Below are positions 10,166 to 24,100 of a stretch of DNA of 64,000 bases, piece after piece. Position numbers and translations under genes: made by a program. The notes under the pieces are model-generated. The model saw only the letters and a list, made by a program, of their open reading frames with translations, ran no database searches and was not told where the DNA came from. This stretch comes from Macrostomum lignano (taxonomy: Eukaryota): NCBI GenBank assembly GCA_002269645.1, contig NIVC01002320.1, forward strand, positions 1 to 64,000, in the 5' to 3' direction. Every line of letters begins with the position of its first letter. The stretch's first letter is position 1.

Positions 10166-12140
10166 TCCTAGGCTTTGGAGATGTGTTCGGCGCCGGAGTG
10201 AAAGGCTCTCACCTGTTTGCGGCACAGCCCGGTGGTGCAATTGCTCTCCCAGTTGCCCATATAGCGACCCTGCCTGAAGGGTAGTTTAGGCCAGAGGATG
10301 ACGGTCTCTGAGGAGGCCGACCTGGTCCACTAAAAGCGGGTTGGCGGAGCCATACCAATTGCAAGAAATAAAGAGCTTCGCAGTTAGGATCACCCAGAAT
10401 CTCTCGCCCCTGATGGCGCCCAATCTTTGCCTCTTATGGCTATGGCTCACCCCTGCCTATCCAAGATTACTGCTCTCTTTGTGATGCAGCCCAAGCTTTG
10501 TGCTACGCAAAGGGGGATTCCAGTTTTTAGGTGGCCCGGGTCCAGTACCCATGGGGAACTCAACCCACTATTCAAAAGGCAGAGCCAAATCCGTGCTTAG
10601 GCAACCCCGTTTAACAACAACAGCGGGGCCTGTGAAAGTTCAGCGGTTGGATCTACTGACCCGATACTGTATTAGTGCACTTCAGCGTTTTTCTCTTGCA
10701 AAGTGGAACTTGTGTTTGGCATCGGAATATACTTTATACAGATGCGAGATTCTGCACCACCTCGTATCCTCTGCTTTAGCCGCTCGAAAACAATGTTTTA
10801 TCAAGATTAGACTCTGCGAAACCAACGCATTGGCATTGAAGCAGTGTGCAGTCAGCATAGTGCACTTCCTTGTCTTTAGAGCAACTGATTTTTCTTCTTG
10901 GTTAGACGACTTGAATAGTTTATAATTCCATTCTGCAGGCTTCTCCGTTATGACTTCACTGTTAACTTTGATAACCCTTACCAACTAAATTTCATCTAAA
11001 CCTGCATCTCTGACTTGCGTGTTCACTGGCCTTCAGCTTTTGGACCTTCAACTGCTATTTGAAGTTTAATAGAGTTCTGTCCAATTGCTGGTTGGACAAA
11101 TAACCGAAGACGGAAGTTAATGACCAACACATACCAGAGACTGAAATTACTCGTAGCAGCACGGGACAGTGAATTTGAAACAGTTGGAAGATGGCTGCCC
11201 GAGGCGTCTTAAGAGCGAGGCTATTTTTAGAGACAGAACTGGACCTCTTCGTACACCAAGCGCGCTGAGAAGCCTAAATTATCGATCGTGCAACTGTTTG
11301 CGAAAGCGTTCAACGCACACAGGCGCAACAGATTAAGCGGCCCAATTGGGGAGCCACCGCACGCAAAATTACACAGACAGACGATACGATGATTTATCTG
11401 ACAAGTTATTTCAGACGCAGAATCTCTGTATAGCAGTTCGTTCTACTGGAAGTAATAAATTCGGAGTATACTTGTAGATTCTGAATGACGTGCAGAGTTT
11501 AATTTGTCACAGATAAATTTTGAGTTCGAAAATGGAAATAAAAAATCATTGGCCCGCACAGTCGCTGCCATGTTCTGCGAGCCTCATCAAGCAACAGGCT
11601 TCACCCAAGGCACCCAAGCCAGCAGACGGGAGCATCCGGCCACCAGACTTTTGCGCTGATGGCGGGATTCAATACCGAATCACAGGCGATTACTTCTGAT
11701 AAAAATGATCAATGCTAAAATAATAAAGAAACTACTATTCATATTGCAATCAGCACAATGAAGTATGAAATATGTAAAACAGTATATTATGCAATTTCCA
11801 ATCGTGCAGCACACTCAAATCTCATCTCGAAATTTTAAAAACTTTTCATTCACGCGATGGATTTCGATATCGCACTCCGCAGCTCTATATAGTACTCATA
11901 GTAGCTATTTAACTTGATTTGTTGGTTTTGTTGAAAATGTATAAAAATCGCACTTGTGTTCCACCAATGAAAATGAGATTAGCGGTATCAAGACGTTAAT
12001 CTGCACCGAATACGTGCAGTTTTATCCAGGAGAGAAATTTCGCAACCGAGCCAGCAGTTTTTACTCCAAAGCACAGCTACTGCTGCTGCTGTTTCAGTTG
12101 CCAAGGAAACACTGAAAGCTGTTCTTCCTCATCAGCTGTC

Positions 12141-15100
12141 ATGGTGCAGCTCTTGGCGCTGTGCGCTCTGTGTGCAGCTCTTTGTGCTCTTGGAGGCGGT
12201 GAGTTGTCTGTCTGCCTTCAATGTCAGATTACTGTAAGCCTTCATCACTCATGTGAAGCCCCTGCTCTCTTACAGCGGCGAGCTCCATCAAGTTCAACAT
12301 CACGACAACAAACATCGCGGCTTCCTGGCAGTCGTCAGAATACTTCAACAGGTGCTTCGGAGACACGGCTGTTCTTGAGCAGTGGGATTACTTTCACACA
12401 ACGGACACCCCAGACTCTCATGGATACCAGTGGCTGCTCATTAAGCTGTCCCGTGCAATCCGTGTGCAATCAGTCACTGTCTATGGCAGGGCATCAGGTG
12501 AGTTGTCTTGTCCACTTCTGTCTCTTCCGCTTCACTTCTTTCTTACTTCTCTTCTCACTGCAGAGCCCAGCAGAGCACAGAACATCGAGATTCTGCTGAG
12601 TGACAGACTGCCATCGGGTCTGAATGCGAGCAATGGCAGTTGCAATGGGACTCTGTCCGGTAGCTTGAGCTCGCTCACTCAGTGCGGAGTCACCCAGAGT
12701 GAGCAGACTCAGACTCACAAGGTGGCCTGCAGCTACTCTGACTGCCCGAATGTGGGTTCATCTACTCTTTTGTTGCTGAGTGCAAATAGGTGCAAATAAA
12801 TGGGTAAATCACACGAAATTTCAGGTGACTGAGTACATCTTGCTGAGGAAGAACGTTCGAAACGAATCCGATAAGTATATAAACTTTCAAGCTCTGGAAG
12901 TCGAAGAGGGTACGACTTTAGTTGAATAAAGCTTAATTAAGTCATCATGGGACATTTTTGACTTTAAACAGACTTTCTCTCTTTTCAGCATCTCAGAACG
13001 CGCAGATTTATAGGTGTGAAGTGTCTGGCAGACGCCTCAGTAACTGCAGACTCAATGCTTTGCAAACTTTGAAAAATGGTGACAGAGTTTATATGAAAGT
13101 CTGCCCATCATGTCAGCTTCCGACAACTGATGCAGCATCTTGTCACATTGCTGCTCCAAGTGGCAGAATCACACAGCTGAGAGTTGTGAGCTCACGGATG
13201 AATTTGTTTCTTATTAATTGATTTTCACGGACTATTCGACTAACTAATAGGAATAAGTGGAATGAGCAATTATGAATGGTAACACTTTATTTATAAGATT
13301 TTAGCCAGTTCCTTAAAGTTCTTTCACCATTTTCAGCATGGGCACCCAGACTCCAATTTAATTGTAATTTTCACACTGACTGCGGAAAGTCAAGGAGGAA
13401 ACTTCACGTGCAGCTTTATCTGCTTGAGCGAGTTGCCTCCGTCAGCAACTGAACCAATCGGTTTCTTTGGTATGCAGCTTTTGTGTGACTTTTTACCTTA
13501 GACAGGTGAATTAAAATGAAACTTATAGATTTGTAGAGCAACCTTGTACTATTCAAACTAGTATAATCTAGGGTATTGGTATTTTGCTAGCAGCCTAGCA
13601 GCAGGTGCAGTACAAATGACACCCTAGCAGCAGGTGCAGTACAAATGGCAGCCTAGCAGCAGGTGCAGAACAACTGACACCCTAGCAGCAGGTGCAGAAC
13701 AACTGACACCCTAGCAGCAGGTGCAGAACAACTGACACCCTAGCAGCAGGTGCAGTACAAATGGCACCCTAGATGCAGGTGCAGTACAAATGACACCCTA
13801 GCAGCAGGTGCAGTACAAATGGCAGCCTAGCAGCAGGTGCAGTACAAATGACACCCTAGCAGCAGGTGCAGTACAAATGACGGCCTAGCAGCAGGTGCAG
13901 TACAAAGGACACCCTAGCAGCAGGTGCAGTACAAATGACAGCCTAGCAGCAGGTGGGTCATTCATTCCAAGTTTTGGTGTTCGTTGTGTTGGCTGTTTTA
14001 GGGGTTGGCCTGCGCTGGGGGGTTGGGCACGCTTTTATTCACCTGAACCTATATCGATCGGAATGTACGCGCGTACATAGTGAATGACAAATATATATAT
14101 CGACTAACTTGGCCTTTGAGCCCTCGTACTGATTTTCTCGCAATTCTGGTCTTACACTGGTGGCAGCGAAGCCCAATTCAAGTTGGCAGATCAGAATGGA
14201 AGAGCGAGATGAGAAGAGCAACGACGCCAGTTTGCTACCGCCTAAGTTTAGTGGCCAATCAAACGTGCACTTTTGGCTGAGCATCTTTGAAGACTTCGCC
14301 GAAGACAAGAATTGGGACGATGCAAAGCGTGCCTCCAAAGTGAAGCTCCTGCTGAGAGGGGAGGCCCAGGTCTGTGTTTGGGACATGCCAGATGCCGATA
14401 AAAAGAGTTATGAGAAAATCAAGGCACTTCTTCTCCAGCAGTACGGCGGCTCTGCCAATCAGCACCGCGCCATGCAGGAGTTCCAAGGTCGACAACGAAA
14501 GAATGGCGAGTCAATCAGGGAGCTCTCGTTCGCTCTCAGGCTGCTGTACATGAGAGCCCGCCCGGATGACCCATCAACGCTCCGTGATCGGGAGGTCAAG
14601 TTTAGAATTATCCAGCTATTAAGCGCAGGGATACGCGAAGCCCTGCTCAAGGAGAGCGACTCGGATACATGCACACTGGGCACGCTGGTCGAGAGAGCCA
14701 CCAGACTGGAGCAGGTGATGAGCAAGAACACGCCCGCAAGTTCGTCTATGGTCTCCGTGGTTGACGACCGGCTGTCCCGACTCGAGCAGCAGCTGTAGAC
14801 ACTGACAGCTGCCGTGACAAGCGGCGCCGCTAGAGGAGGCCGCGCTGGACCAGGTGACCGTCGGCAGGCCCAGAGAACATCCGGTTGCTACCAGTGCGGC
14901 AAAGACGGTCACATCGCGCGCAGATGTCCAACTAAAGGTTCCCACAAGCAAGGTCGGTGCTTCAACTGCTCCGGTTGGGGCCACAATGCAGCGGTCTGCC
15001 CAAGTAGGAATAAGCGTAGACCTTATCCTAGGGATGGACTTTATCGGTCGGGCAACCAGCGAGCTACGGATTAACATCAACAACAAGACTGTCTTCTTTA

Positions 15101-18100
15101 ATGATGAGGCCGTGCCGTTTTTCACCAACAGCTCAAAAATTCAAATGGTGACCGGGACGCTGGTGGCCCGCATTGAGTGCAACATCAACGTCCCCGCTAG
15201 GAGTGAGAAGCTGGTCTGGCTGCGAGTGAAGTCAAAAGATGAGCAGGGCGTTTTCGAGCCGAATGCGGAGTTTACTCAAGAGACCGGTCTGCTGGCATCC
15301 CGAGTTCTCGCCTTGTCCGCCGATCAGAGGATTCCCGTTCTCATGTGCAATCTGGGATCCGAGGCAGTAACACTGTATGCCAACAAAGCAGTCGGTGAAT
15401 TCGAAGCTGCTGATGTACTCGAGCCGGTTGGGAACGTGAAGGAGAAACTGAAGAACTGGGACGTGAACCCCGAACTGACAGAGCTAGAAAGAGACAAGCT
15501 GATGACCATCTTGAAAGCCAACGACGACCTGTTCAGCACTCATGAGTTTGACCTCGGCTCCACAAGCGTACTAAAGCACCACATCGAGCTCGAGCCAGGA
15601 GCACGGCCATTCAGGCAGCGCCAGCGCCCTCTCCCCCTGCCGCTGAGGGACCGAGTCGACGACAAGATTGGCCAGATGCTTGCGCACGACATCATTGAGC
15701 CGTCGAGCTCTCCATGGGCCAGCAATTTGATCGTGGTCAAGAAAAAGAACGGAGACATCCGCATCTGCACTGACTGGCGCCAACTGAATGCCGCTACGGT
15801 AAAGGACGCCTATCCGCTCCCACACCTACAACAGTCCATGGACGCGCTCTCAGGCTGCTCTTGGTTCACGACAATCGATTGCAAGCAGGGTTTCAATCAA
15901 GTGGAAGTTGAGGAAGCCGACCGCTACAAGACGGCATTTTACTCTACCAGAGGACTCATGCAGTTCAAGAAAATGGGATTTGGAATGTGCAACTCGCCGG
16001 CTACGTTCCAACGACTAATGGAGCTGATCATGTCTGGCCTCACATGGGAGGAGGTCCTGGTCTACGTGGATGATCTAATAGTGTTCAGTAAGAGCTTTGA
16101 TCAGCATCTAGTCAGCCTTCGACGGGTTTTTGAACGGCTTCGAAGCGCTGGCCTGAAACTGAACAAGGAGAAGTCCGTGTTTGCGTACCGTAGTGTCAAG
16201 TACCTGGGCCATGTGGTCAGCAGCGAAGGAATTCAGCCAGACCCCAGTAAGGTGGAAGCTTTATCGAAGATTAAGACGCCGAGTTCAGCTGAGGAAGTGA
16301 GGCGATTCATCGGCATGCTGGGATTTTACCGGCGATTCATCCAAGACTTCAGCAGGATAGCCGCGCCTCTGCATGCAGCAACGCAAAAGACCGGCTTCAC
16401 CTGGACGGATGAGTGTGAGAGCGCTTTCACCAAACTAAGGGAAAGGATCTGCCAGGCTCCCGTGCTTAGACTACCAGATTTTAGCCGGCCCTTCATCCTG
16501 AGTTGCGATGCAAGCGCATTTGCAGTCGGCGCGGTCCTCAGTCAGGCACACGGAGATTCGGAACTGCCGGTCGCTTTTGCCTCAAGAACTCTGAATAAGG
16601 CAGAAAGGAACTACTCAGCTACCGACAGAGAACTGCTCGCCTTAGTCTGGAGCCTAAAACATTTCAGATCATACCTGTGTAACGTGAAGCACTTCACCGC
16701 GTTCACCGATCATCAGCCACTGAAGGGCCTGCTACAGACTAAGGAACCTGAAGGGCGTCTGGCGCGCTGGCTTGACACGATTCAGCAGTTCAACTTCACG
16801 CTCTGCTATCGGCCTGGTCGAGAGAATGTCGTCCCGGACATGTTGAGTCGAACCGCCACCACTCAGCTCGACAGCAGCAGGGATCAAGACTTCCTAGAGG
16901 AACAGCAGCGCGATGCGCTTCTGCAGAGTGTCTTCAAGGCGCTCACCGAGGGACGCGAGCACCTGTCCAACAGCGGTCAGCAGAAGGTCGAGGAGTTCTT
17001 GGGCGATGACGGAATTGAGATCGGACCGCATGGCGCGCTGGTCAGGCAAGGAAAGCCGGTCGTTCCGAGCCATCTGCGAGCCGAGTTCATGGCCGACGCC
17101 CACGATGCAGCCGCTAGCGGTCACCTCGGCGCGGACAGAACACTACAGAAGTTGCGTGAGCGCTGCTGGTGGCCAAAAATGCAGCAGGATGTCCAGAACT
17201 GGGTCGCCAGCTGTGCAGCATGCCTTCGGCGCAAGAACAATAGTCGCCCTCAGCGAGCTCCACTGCAGAGTACAGCACAGCCGGCGCGACCGTGGGAGAC
17301 CGTGCAAATCGACATTAAGGGGCCGTTGCCAAGGACGCCTCGAGACAACAGCTACATTCTGAGCATCTGCGACTGCTTCTCCAAATGGATGGAAACCCGT
17401 GCTCTACCAAGTATCGAAGCCGAGCGAGTTGCTGATGTTCTGGTCCATCAAGTAGCCCTACGTCACGGAGTTCCGGACACGATTCACAGTGACCAGGGCC
17501 GGCAATTTGAGAGCCAGCTGTTTCAGTCTCTGTGTGAGCAGCTCGGGATGCGGAAGACTCGAACTTCCCCGTTTCATCCGAGTGGCAACGGCCTGGTGGA
17601 GCGCGGAAACCGCACTCTCGGTAACATGTTGGCGACGGTCGTAGCGGAAAGCCAGGACGACTGGGATGTACAGCTGCCTTTTGTCACATGGGCATTCAAC
17701 AGCTCTGCGCACTGTACGACTGGTCTGTCTCCGTTTCAAGTGCTACACGGTTGGCCACCAAGACTGCCGCTTGATGTCAAGCTGCCGCACACCAACAGCG
17801 GCGCTTCGGATACTCTGGACTACGTCGAGGATGTTCAGAAACGGCTTTTGCAGAGTCGGAGGCTCGTCCACCAGAAGCTTCAGAGCGCGCAGACTGAGAG
17901 AAACGAACGATACAACAAGGACGTGCGGTTTCAGCCCTACAACCAAGGCGATCTGGTCATGCTAAGCTGCAAGACAGTGAAGCCTGGTCGCTCCAAGAGC
18001 CTCAGCAACCGCTGGACGGGGCCCTACGTCGTTCTCAAGCGGCTGGGTGAGGTCAACTATCGAGTGCGGCTGGCACCTGGCCTAGCGGTTCGGCGGCGTC

Positions 18101-21100
18101 GCAAGCTCGTGGTGCACCATGACCGCCTCAAGCCATTCGTGAAGCGGCGCGGCTCTCTGCAACTGACCGATGAGCAGCAGCCGGCTCCGGCTACCAGCAC
18201 CAGTCCTGAGCAGCTGGGTGTGCCTGACGCCTGGGCTCAGCTGTCAGGCGGCAATGACGATGACGACGGCGACACCGAAGCAGCAATCGACCCGGTCGTC
18301 CCACCAGCGCTAAGACGTTCGGTACGACAGCGGAGGCCTCCTGATTTTTATCGCCCTGAGTGAACCTTTTTTTGAACTTTTGCCATAGAGTTTTATTCCT
18401 CGTGCTTGGGGGGAAAGTGGTGTGAGTTTTGTTGTTCGTTGTGTTGGCTGTTTTAGGGGTTGGCCTGCGCTGGGGGGTTGGGCACGCTTTTATTTACCTG
18501 AACCTATATCGATCGGAATGTACGCGCGTACATAGTGAATGACAAATATGACAAATATATATATCGACTAACTTGGCCTTTGAGCCCTCGTACTGATTTT
18601 CTCGCAATTCTGGTCTTACAGTCCCATCATGTTTTTTGAACTTTGAGCACTTGTAACTTTCGAGCCATAATAGATAAACAAAGCTGCAAACAGCAATCTG
18701 TGTCAAACTTCTAGTTCTATCTTTTTCACATAGCTGCTTATGAATTCTAAAACAACTGAACACATAGCAGAGGTCAACAGTCAGCATAGTTTATGCTCTG
18801 CTATGTGTTCAGTTGTTTTCCAAGTGCAGTACAAACGGCTGAGCTCATTTTCTGTTGCAGAGGAGAAGCCCAGAAGTGTCAGCATTGAGCCTAGCAACGG
18901 GGTCCAGATTGGATCAAGGATATTTCTGGCTCCAGGCACGGAGTTTCACTTCAATTTCATCACAGAAGCTGCGTACCCAAGTCCCATCCATGCTTGCAGG
19001 CTGGTGAGAACTGCTGAACAGGAAACTAGAGAAGATACTTCAGGTGTTCAACTGCATCCCTTTACAGAGGTGAGAACATCGAGTGCAATCTTAATACTTT
19101 CATTTCCAATTCTGATATTCTCATCAAATGATTTTTCAGAGATCCTTTAATGACGCCTCAGCAAACAAAAGCCATGCAATTACCAAGATCTCACAGTATA
19201 GGCTCAGCATTAGCGCACACATGCAAGCAGCTGGGCAAAAGATACAGTGCGTGTCGGCTGTCGGTGAAAGCAGTGGAAAATCGGTGAAATCAATTTCACT
19301 GTCTGAGCTTGTAGGTAAGCAAAATATTGGAGTGAGAGTACTGGCAGGTGATACATGGAATTTATCATGTTAGATGAAGATGAGTTGTATTGAAATGATT
19401 AAAAATTGCAGTACCAAGCAAGCCGGAGTTTCTGCTAGCGCCAATCACGGATTGGACAGATGGCCACTCCGTCTCAGTTGCTGTCGACTCAACAACAGAC
19501 AGCGCTGTTCCAACCAGCCACCGCTGCTTGCTGGAGACTCGAGACGGCAACAGAAGTCTCAACGCTACTCAAGTGAGTCTTGCTTTGGTTTTATGCCGTC
19601 GTGATGTTGGTTTAGAAAGCAAAAACTTTGGCAAAATATTGAATGCTTTTCATCAAATGTCAAATATTTGACAAACGTCATGGGCTGCTGAAGTGATTCA
19701 TTCGGTGTTCTAAGCATGAGCATGTTTACTTTCTTTGAATAAATACGAAGTTGCTAAATTGCTAAAAATTTCGAGTAGTTCTCTTAAAAATTTCCTGTAG
19801 TAACTCTGAATCAGTCCATGAGTGTGTGTACAGGACTATCCTTCTCCCTCGGTAGAGACTTCTCAAATCGAAATTCCAGGTAACATATAAAAGCAGTAAA
19901 TTCGAGTTGGATGTTGATAGGCACTGGGGAAGCGCAGCCTCTCTGGTCTGTTTGGTAAATCAGTCTGGGCTGATCCAGACATGGACTCGACATCGGCTAC
20001 CGAAGGTGCTCTGTGAGTCTCTGATGCCATGACTTTCTTCACAAGCCTATTACTGCATTTGAAGATTAAGTCACAATTGCATTTTCGAATTCAGACAAGG
20101 TCGAAGGGCTGGCCATCCGTATTTTATCAGGAGACCTGGTGAGTGATGAAGAAGCCAGCTTCTCAGTGACTGCATCTGACTCAGGATACCCAACGGCTCT
20201 GCACCAGTGCAGAATCGAGAGCAAGAGCCTCGGAGAAGACAAGGTATGAGGCTGATGTTATTGCTCAATCAGAATTCCCAACCAGCATTTCAATGCTCCA
20301 ATTTCGGTTGACCATTCCGCAGACTGCAGAGTCAGACGGCTCAACTCACTGGAGATTCACGCCTCAGCGAGGGCACAACGGTGAACAAATCAGATGCGAT
20401 GTGGTGCAGAAACTGAGTGGCTCTTTGATATTCAGTCAGACTGTCAACAGCTCTAATCTGGATATTAAATGTGAGGCTCATGCTTTAATCTGCTGCATGC
20501 TGTCATCCCCATCGATACAGTAGGGCTGCTTGCACTTCAGACAAGGCAACTGTCACGTGGCCCAGAAATATCGCTCCGAAAAAGGAAGGCGAGGCTCTGT
20601 CATTCGTTGTGCTCGCAGACGGCAACCCAGAGCCCAGCAGTCAGTGCTGGCTGCAGCTGGTATCTGGCGCACAGGTGAGTCTTTGATTTGGGATGATGCT
20701 GGTATCTGGCTCACAGGTGAGTCTTTGATTTGGGATGATGCTGGTATCTGGCTCACAGGTGAGTCTTTGATTTGGGATGATGCTGGTTTCTGGCTCACAG
20801 GTGAGTCTTTGATTTGGGATGATGCTGGTTTCTGGCTCACAGGTGAGTCTTTGATTTGGGAGTGATGCTGGTTTTTGGCTCACAAGTGAGTCTTTGATTT
20901 GGGAGTGATGATAGTTTCTGGCTCACAGGTGAGTCTTTGATTTGGGAGTGATGCTGGTTTCTGGCTCACAGGTGAGTCTTTGATTTGGGAGTGATGAGTG
21001 ATGCTGCTTTCTGGCTCACAGGTTACTCTTTGATTTTTGAGTGATGCTGGTTTCTGGCTCACAGGTGAGTCTTTGATTTGGGAGTGATGAGTGATGCTGG

Positions 21101-24100
21101 TTTCTGGCTCACAGGTGAGTCTTTGATTTGGGAGTGATGAGTGATGCTGGTTTCTGGCTCACAGGTGAGTCTTTGATTTGGGAGTGATGAGTGATGCTGC
21201 TTTCTGGCTCACAGGTGAGTCTTTGATTTGGGAGTGATGCTGGTCTCTGGCTCACAGGTGAGTCTTTGATTTGGGAGTGATGAGTGATGCTGCTTTCTGG
21301 CTCACAGGTTACTCTTTGATTTGGGAGTGATGAGTGATGCTGGTTTCTGGCGCACAGGTGAGTCTTTGATTTGGGAGTGATGAGTGATGCTGGTTTCTGG
21401 CTCACAGGTGAGTCTTTGATTTGGGAGTGATGCTGCAGTCTCGGTGTTTCATAATAATCGCTATTCTCGTTCCAGGTACACCTGCATAAGCTGAAGCATT
21501 CCATGTTTGAGAGCACCTTCAACGTCACTGTTGATAGGTCAATGAACCGAGCCAATTTGAGCTGTGTTTTGACTCAACCTGGACTTCCATCCTCAACGGA
21601 GCAGAGCTTCACCCAATTGATCACAGTATTTTGTAAGTTTACAGTATCCATTTTCATAGGGTTCATAAAGAGGTATACAATTTGTAAATGCGTGCGTATT
21701 TTTTGAGCCAATGGAGACATTTCCTGTCGCTTCGGAGGCTCTGGCCTGAAGCACTTCTTAACTCGTAGACTGAAAAATAATATCGACCCAACCATCCTAC
21801 AGATCAGCCTCAGCCTCCACTCTCCATCGACTTGGCTCAGACTGTCTACGAAGGCACCGACGTCACCTTCACGGTGCGGTCGGGCGCTGGAAACCCCACC
21901 GTCACCCACAGATGCCACGTGTACAACGGAAAAGTTGTGAGCGCAATATTTGCCCATCCATTCAACTGACGTGCAGCTTTGATTTAGCATAGAGTTGATC
22001 ATTCCAGGAAGTTCAAAACAGCATGAAAATCGAATCGGAGTACTTGACAATGGTGAACTATGCACCCAACAGTCATGACACATTTGTGAGCTGCACGGCC
22101 GAGCAGATGCACCGCTCTGATGTTGTGTTCACCAGCAGCATCAGAAGGAACATCACCGTAAATTGTGAGAAGTCAAATGCTATTTTATTAGCATGCAGCC
22201 TGCCATTGACTTGAAAAACGGAGTATCCACTTTAACTTCAGACTTTGCGCACAACTCCATGGGCATCAGTCCGACAGACGGAGTTCTTGATGGAGATCGA
22301 GTCGAAGTGACACTCAAATCTTATGGTGGCCGGCCTGCCGTCACTCAGCATGAGTGTTCGCTTGGCGGCCCTGAGCTGACTATGGAAAACGTATGCTTTT
22401 TTATCACCTGAGTGCTTTTGAATTGACTGTGAACCTTCTTCAGGCATCCTAATTGATCAATTTGGGAATTTTTCTACAGGTAACAAGGCGTCCCACCGAA
22501 GTGAAGTTCACGTTTCGTGCATCGAAAGAGCATGACGGCAAGGTGCTCGCCTGCAAATTCGTCCAGGATGAGCGACTGATTGAGTGGAAGAAAACCAATC
22601 TCAGCGTTTTCTGTAGGAGAAAATGAAGCAATATTTTTCACGTCTTTTCGCTTTTTGTTTGCAAATGCATGTACACTTCACATTCACTTTTCGTACCTTT
22701 AGACAAAGCGGCTGTCGACTCTGAGGTGCAAACCTTAAAGAGAAAAGTCAGGTGGAACACGACAGTCCAGTTCAGCATCTCCTACTCTGATGTGGGAAAC
22801 CCGTCCGCCAAGCACTTCTGCCGCATCGGCTCTCGGCCACTCACCGATCCTGAGGTGCGAAAATGCTGGCACATCTCTGTGTCTGCTTTGTGTAAGTAAC
22901 AAGGTATTAGAGATTACATGTATAATGGAAACATCTGGTCAAAATACATTTCAGTCAGTTTCAACATTACAATCGGTTTGGAAGTTCAAGGCTCAAGTCG
23001 GAGACAACGGTCAGAAGATCGTCTGCCAGGTGGTGCAAGATGATCGACATGGCGGCCGAGTCTTTAACCAAACAGTTGCCAGCCAGAGTCTGGATGTGCT
23101 CTGTAAAGATTTTGTTTATCAGTTGTATTTATTGCTTCAATAGAGCTATTTATATTTATTCCAATATATTGAACCACTTTGACTGTCACAACATTGTTTT
23201 CTTAATCTCTATCTTTTCAGACCCAGTCAGCTACTCAGGATTTCTATCCCAGCCACCGTCGGTGACGGAGGGCGATCCCTTGGTTATTTCTTTCTTATCA
23301 ACAGGAGGAAACCCCGAGCCTCGTCACCGATGCTGGTTGCAGACACCTGCAGATCGGATGGATGCAGTCGCTCTAACACAGGCGAGGACAGGTGTGGTCC
23401 TTTTCATGACGAACTTCAGTGAGACTTCTGTAAAGCAGATGAATGGAGGATCTGTGGTTTTCCGCGTCTCTCAGATGGGCCTCGAGGACCTGGACAAGGA
23501 TTTCTCCCAGAACATTACTGTTTTCTGTGAGTTCTCTGTCGCGACTGCTCCAATTTTATATCAATATAAAATCTAATAGAGGCTTGCAGTGCGTTCGTTT
23601 TTCCGTTTGCAGTCCGATCGGAGGTGGGTCTGACCGGCTCAAGGTTTTCAGGAGCCACTGTGGTCCTCAGCATCAATGTGAAGGACGGAAACCCGACACC
23701 GCTGGTGAACTGCTCGCTGCTCTCGGGTTCTGGAACTCGACATGTGGGTTTTCACTGTGCACAGTTGCTCCACTTCTATTTGCATTGAGTAGCTTTAATG
23801 CAGCTGAACCCGTCATTTTAGGAGGTTGCCAGGAATGACTCGACATTGCTGAGAGTCGGACTCCATGAGATACCAGTAGAAGTCGATCTGCTTTCAAGAG
23901 ACCAGCGTCAGTCAGCCAACGTCACGTGTTCTGTAAAGCAAGACTATGCGGGTTTCAAAAACAGCAGCCTTGTCTTCTTGGCACTCAAAGCTGACGAGAG
24001 TTTTCAAGCTAGCGACCAAGAAAGTGAGCAAGTCTGTGTAGTCCAGCTTTGCTGCATTCGTCTTTCTAAACTCTAAAAATAATCGCATCACTTTGTCTCA

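Larger units (their letters stand above)
8228..12140. repeat. Intergenic spacer A, duplicated as spacer A' (39166-43034)
   Basis: Near-identical colinear sequence at an offset of ~30.9 kb; the ORF-track translations match (e.g. 10500 vs 41391). Confidence 0.9.
13970..18620 (+). mobile_element. Ty3/Gypsy LTR retrotransposon (defective, recent)
   Basis: 5' LTR ~13970-14156 (terminal TGTG missing); 3' LTR 18421-18620 (TGT...ACA). The LTRs differ by 2 substitutions and a 9-bp duplication. PBS TGGTGGCAGCG at 14158-14168 (complementary to a tRNA-Leu-type 3' end); PPT GGGGGGAAAGTGG directly before the 3' LTR. Domain order gag-(PR)-RT-RH-IN. Confidence 0.95.

Noticed and set aside
14796-14798. gag TAG as programmed read-through
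   Set aside because: It lies upstream of the zinc knuckles rather than at the gag-pol boundary; LEQQL*TLT fits a GAG/CAG-to-TAG mutation.
18121-18420. Chromodomain or env after the integrase
   Set aside because: The C-terminus is low-complexity (PAPATSTSPE..DDDDG..RRSVRQRRPP) and only ~57 bp separate the stop from the 3' LTR.
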